Source of the DNA: Mobula hypostoma
Taxonomy: Eukaryota
NCBI RefSeq assembly: GCF_963921235.1
Contig: NC_086097.1
Span: 58,220,001-58,284,000, forward strand
Direction: 5' to 3'
Length of the DNA stretch: 64,000 nt
Below the pieces are notes generated by a model. The model did no database searches, was not told the DNA's origin, and was given only the letters and a program-made list of their open reading frames with translations. Positions 61,005-64,000 of this stretch are shown here, piece after piece; position 1 is the stretch's first letter, and every line of letters begins with the position of its first letter. The position numbers and the translations under genes were made by a program.

Positions 61005-64000
61005 GATAGGAGATTCTGCAGCCGCAAAAGAGATGCCAGAATAGCGTGTTGCCTCTCAGGTGCTAGTGTCCAGGATGTCTCTGAGTTGTTGCAGAATATT
61101 GTTGAAGGAGAGGGTGAGCAGCAAGAGGTCGTGGTACCAATGACATAGGCAGAAGAGGGGTGGAGGTCCTGCTCAGTACATTTAGGGATTTAGGAAGGAG
61201 GCTGAGCAACAAGACCTCCAAGGTGGCAATCTCCTGCTACGAGCTAGGGAAGATCAGAACAGGAAGATAGCGCAGACGAATAAATGGCTGAAGAGATGGT
61301 GCAGGGGCAGGGTTTCAAGTTCTTTGATCATTGGAACCTTTTCTGGGGAAGGGGTGACCTGTACAAGTGGGACAGGTTGCACCTGAACTGGAGGGGAACC
61401 AATATCCCGGGAGGGAGGTTTGCTGATGCTATTGGGGAGGGTTTAAACTCGATTTGCAGGGGGTTAGGAACTGAAGTGAAGAGGCACAGGATGGGGCAGT
61501 TGGTGCACAACTAGAGATAGCTTGTAGGGAGTTTGTGAGGAAGGGTGGGCAGATAATAGAGCAAAGATTCATTCAGCCAGATGGTTTGTGATGTGTCTAT
61601 TTTAATGCAAGGAGTAGCATAAACAAGGCAGATGAACTTAGAGCACGGATCAATACATGAAACTATGATGTTGCGCCCATTACAGAGACTTGGATGTCTC
61701 AGGGGTAGGAAAGGCTGCTGAGTGTGTTGGGCTTTAGATGTTTCAAAAGGGACAGGGAGGGAGGCAAAAGAGGTGAGGGCACAGCATTGCTAATCAGGGA
61801 TAGTGTCACAGCAGCTGAAAAGGAGGAAGTCATGGAGGGATTGTCTACCTAGTCATTGTGGGTGGAAGTCAGAAACAGGAAGGGGGCAATAATTCTACTG
61901 GTGTTTTTTATTGATGCCCCAATAGTATAGAGACATCAAGGAGTAGAAGGGGTGGCAGATTCTGGAATGGCGCAATAATAATACAGTTGTTGTGATGGGT
62001 GATTTTAACTTTCCTAATCTTGACTGTCATCTCCTTAGAGCAAGGGGTTTGGATAGGGTGGAGTTTGTTAGATGTTTTCAGGAAGGTTTCCTGATGCAAT
62101 ATATAGATAAGCCAACTGGAGGAGAGGCTGTACTTGATCTGGTATTGGGAAATGAATCTGGTCAGGTGCCAGATCTGTTGGTGGGAGAGCATTTTGGAGG
62201 TAGTGATCACAACTCAATCTCCTTTACCATAGTGCTGGAGAAGAATAGGAGCAGACAATTTGGGAAAACATTTAACTGGGGTAGAGGAAAATACGATCCT
62301 ATTAGGTAGAAACCTGGAAGCATAAACTAAGAGTATATGTTCTCAGGGAAATGCATGCAGAAATGTGGCAAATGCTCAGGGAACATTTGCATGGTGTTCT
62401 GCATAGGTATGTTCTATTGAGGTAGGGAAAAGACAGTAGGGTAAAAAACTAATAGTGTAAAAAGGATGTAAAAATCTAGTTAAGAAGAGAAAAAAGCTTA
62501 CAAAAGGTTCGAGAAGCTAGGTACTGTTAGAGCTCTAGAAAATTATGAGGTTGTCAGGAAGGGGTTTAACAATGAGATTAGGAAAGCTAGAAGGGGCCAT
62601 AAGAAGGTCGTGGTGAGCAGGATTAAGGAAAACTCCAAGGCATTCTACAAGTATGCGAAGAGCAAGAGGATGAGCCATGTGAGAGTAGGACCATTCAGGT
62701 GCTATAGTGGAAACATGTGTATGGAGTTGGAGAAGGTAGCAGAGATACTTAGTAAATACTTTGCTTCAGTATTTACCAATGAAAAGGACCTTGGCATTTG
62801 TGGGGATGACTTGCAACGGACTGAAATGCTTGAGCACATAGACATTAGCAAAGAGGATGTGCTGGAGCTTTTGAAAAGTATGAAGTTAGATAAGTCACTG
62901 GACCTGGACGAGATATACCCCATGCTACCATGGGAAGCAAGGTAGGAGATTGTCGAGCCTCTGGTGATGATCTTGAAATGAAATGAAATATCTTTATTGT
63001 CATTGCATAGTACAATTTGTCATGCACCAATACAGCGAAAATGAGTTTGCAACTCTCATACTCAGTGCTATAAAACAACAAATAAGATAAATAAACAATA
63101 AATAAATCAAGTAACCAGCCAGTACGAGCAATGTCCAGCAGTACAAAAGCGCAACTCAGAGGCATGACAGCCATAAAACCAGTATTAAAGTAGCAATATA
63201 ACAACTTTGCATCATCAGTAGGGATGGGAGAGGTACAGTACTAGGGGATTGGATGGTGTCAAATGTTGTTTCCTTGTTCAAGAAATGGAGTAGAAATAAC
63301 CCAGGAAATTATAGACCAGTGAGTTTTACTTCAGTGGTGGGCAAGTTGTTGGAGAATGTCCTGAGAGGCAGGGTTTATGAGCATTTGGAGAGACATAATC
63401 TGATTAGGGATAGTCAACATTGCTTTGTCAAGGGAAGGTTGTACCTTACGAGACTGATTAGATTCTTTGAGGATGTAACAAAACATATTGATGAAGGTAG
63501 AATAGTGGATATAGTGTATATGGATTTCAGTAAGGCACTTGATAAGGTTCTCCATGCAAGGGTCATTCAGAAGGTAAGGAGACATGAGATCCAAGGAAAC
63601 CTTGCTTGTGGATCCAGAATTGGCTTGCCCACAGAAGGCAAAGGGTGGTTATAGATAGTTCATATTCTGAATGGACGTCAGTGACCAGTGATCTTCCGCA
63701 GGGATCTTCTTCTGGGACCCCTCCTTGTTGTGGTTTTCATAAATAACCTGGATGAGGAAGTAGAGGGTGGGTTAGTAAGTCTGCTGATGACACAAAAGTT
63801 GGGGGTGTTGTGGATAGCTTGGAGGGTTGTCAGAGGTTTCAGCGGTACATTGATAGGATGCAGAACTGGGCTGAGAAATGGTAGATAGAATTCAATCCAG
63901 ATAAGGGTGAAGTGGTTTATTTCAGTCAGTCAAGTTTGAAGACAGAATATAATATTAATGGTAAGACCCCTGGAGGTGTGGAAGATCCAAGAGATTTTAG
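61005..64000 (+). mobile_element. CR1 LINE (end of ORF1 esterase, endonuclease, RT), degraded, runs off the window
   Basis: DHWNLFWGRGDLYKWDRLHLN, FNARS, VMGDFNFP, GGSDHN, GNYRPVSFTS, YMDFSKALDKV. Confidence 0.9.
62975..63204 (-). mobile_element. Short non-LTR 3' UTR/tail insertion inside the CR1
   Basis: Minus strand ends in aataaa plus (TTTCA)n; ctt duplicated at both junctions; the CR1 sequence resumes after it. Confidence 0.8.

Overview
Eukaryotic (vertebrate) genomic DNA, not prokaryotic. The repeat families seen here (esterase-type CR1 LINEs, Rex1/Babar LINEs, Penelope elements, a V-SINE, Tigger, Tc1, Harbinger) suggest a cartilaginous fish, probably a ray; this is an inference, not a search result. 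About two thirds of the window is transposon-derived and often nested. AT-rich unique DNA lies between the elements, and no host gene could be identified with confidence. Main elements: an internally deleted Tigger with a 73-bp-arm hairpin (516-2073); a Penelope element (RT + GIY-YIG) ending in an intact minimal hammerhead ribozyme (15771-17926), with several short hammerhead-bearing relatives; three differently deleted Harbinger derivatives; a deleted ERV-like provirus (~22100-24120); a full-length CR1 inserted in a Rex1 (25047-29212); a young, nearly intact minus-strand Gypsy element (36020-40535) inside an older tRNA-Leu-primed Gypsy (35134-44684); and a Tc1 > CR1 > CR1 nest (47265-52840). 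The most striking observation concerns the young Gypsy. It has no tRNA primer-binding site. That position is instead a perfect 14-15 nt complement of its own LTR sequence overlapping the AATAAA signal, in the geometry needed for self-priming. Its RT also carries YLDN instead of YxDD. All coordinates and identities were read by eye.
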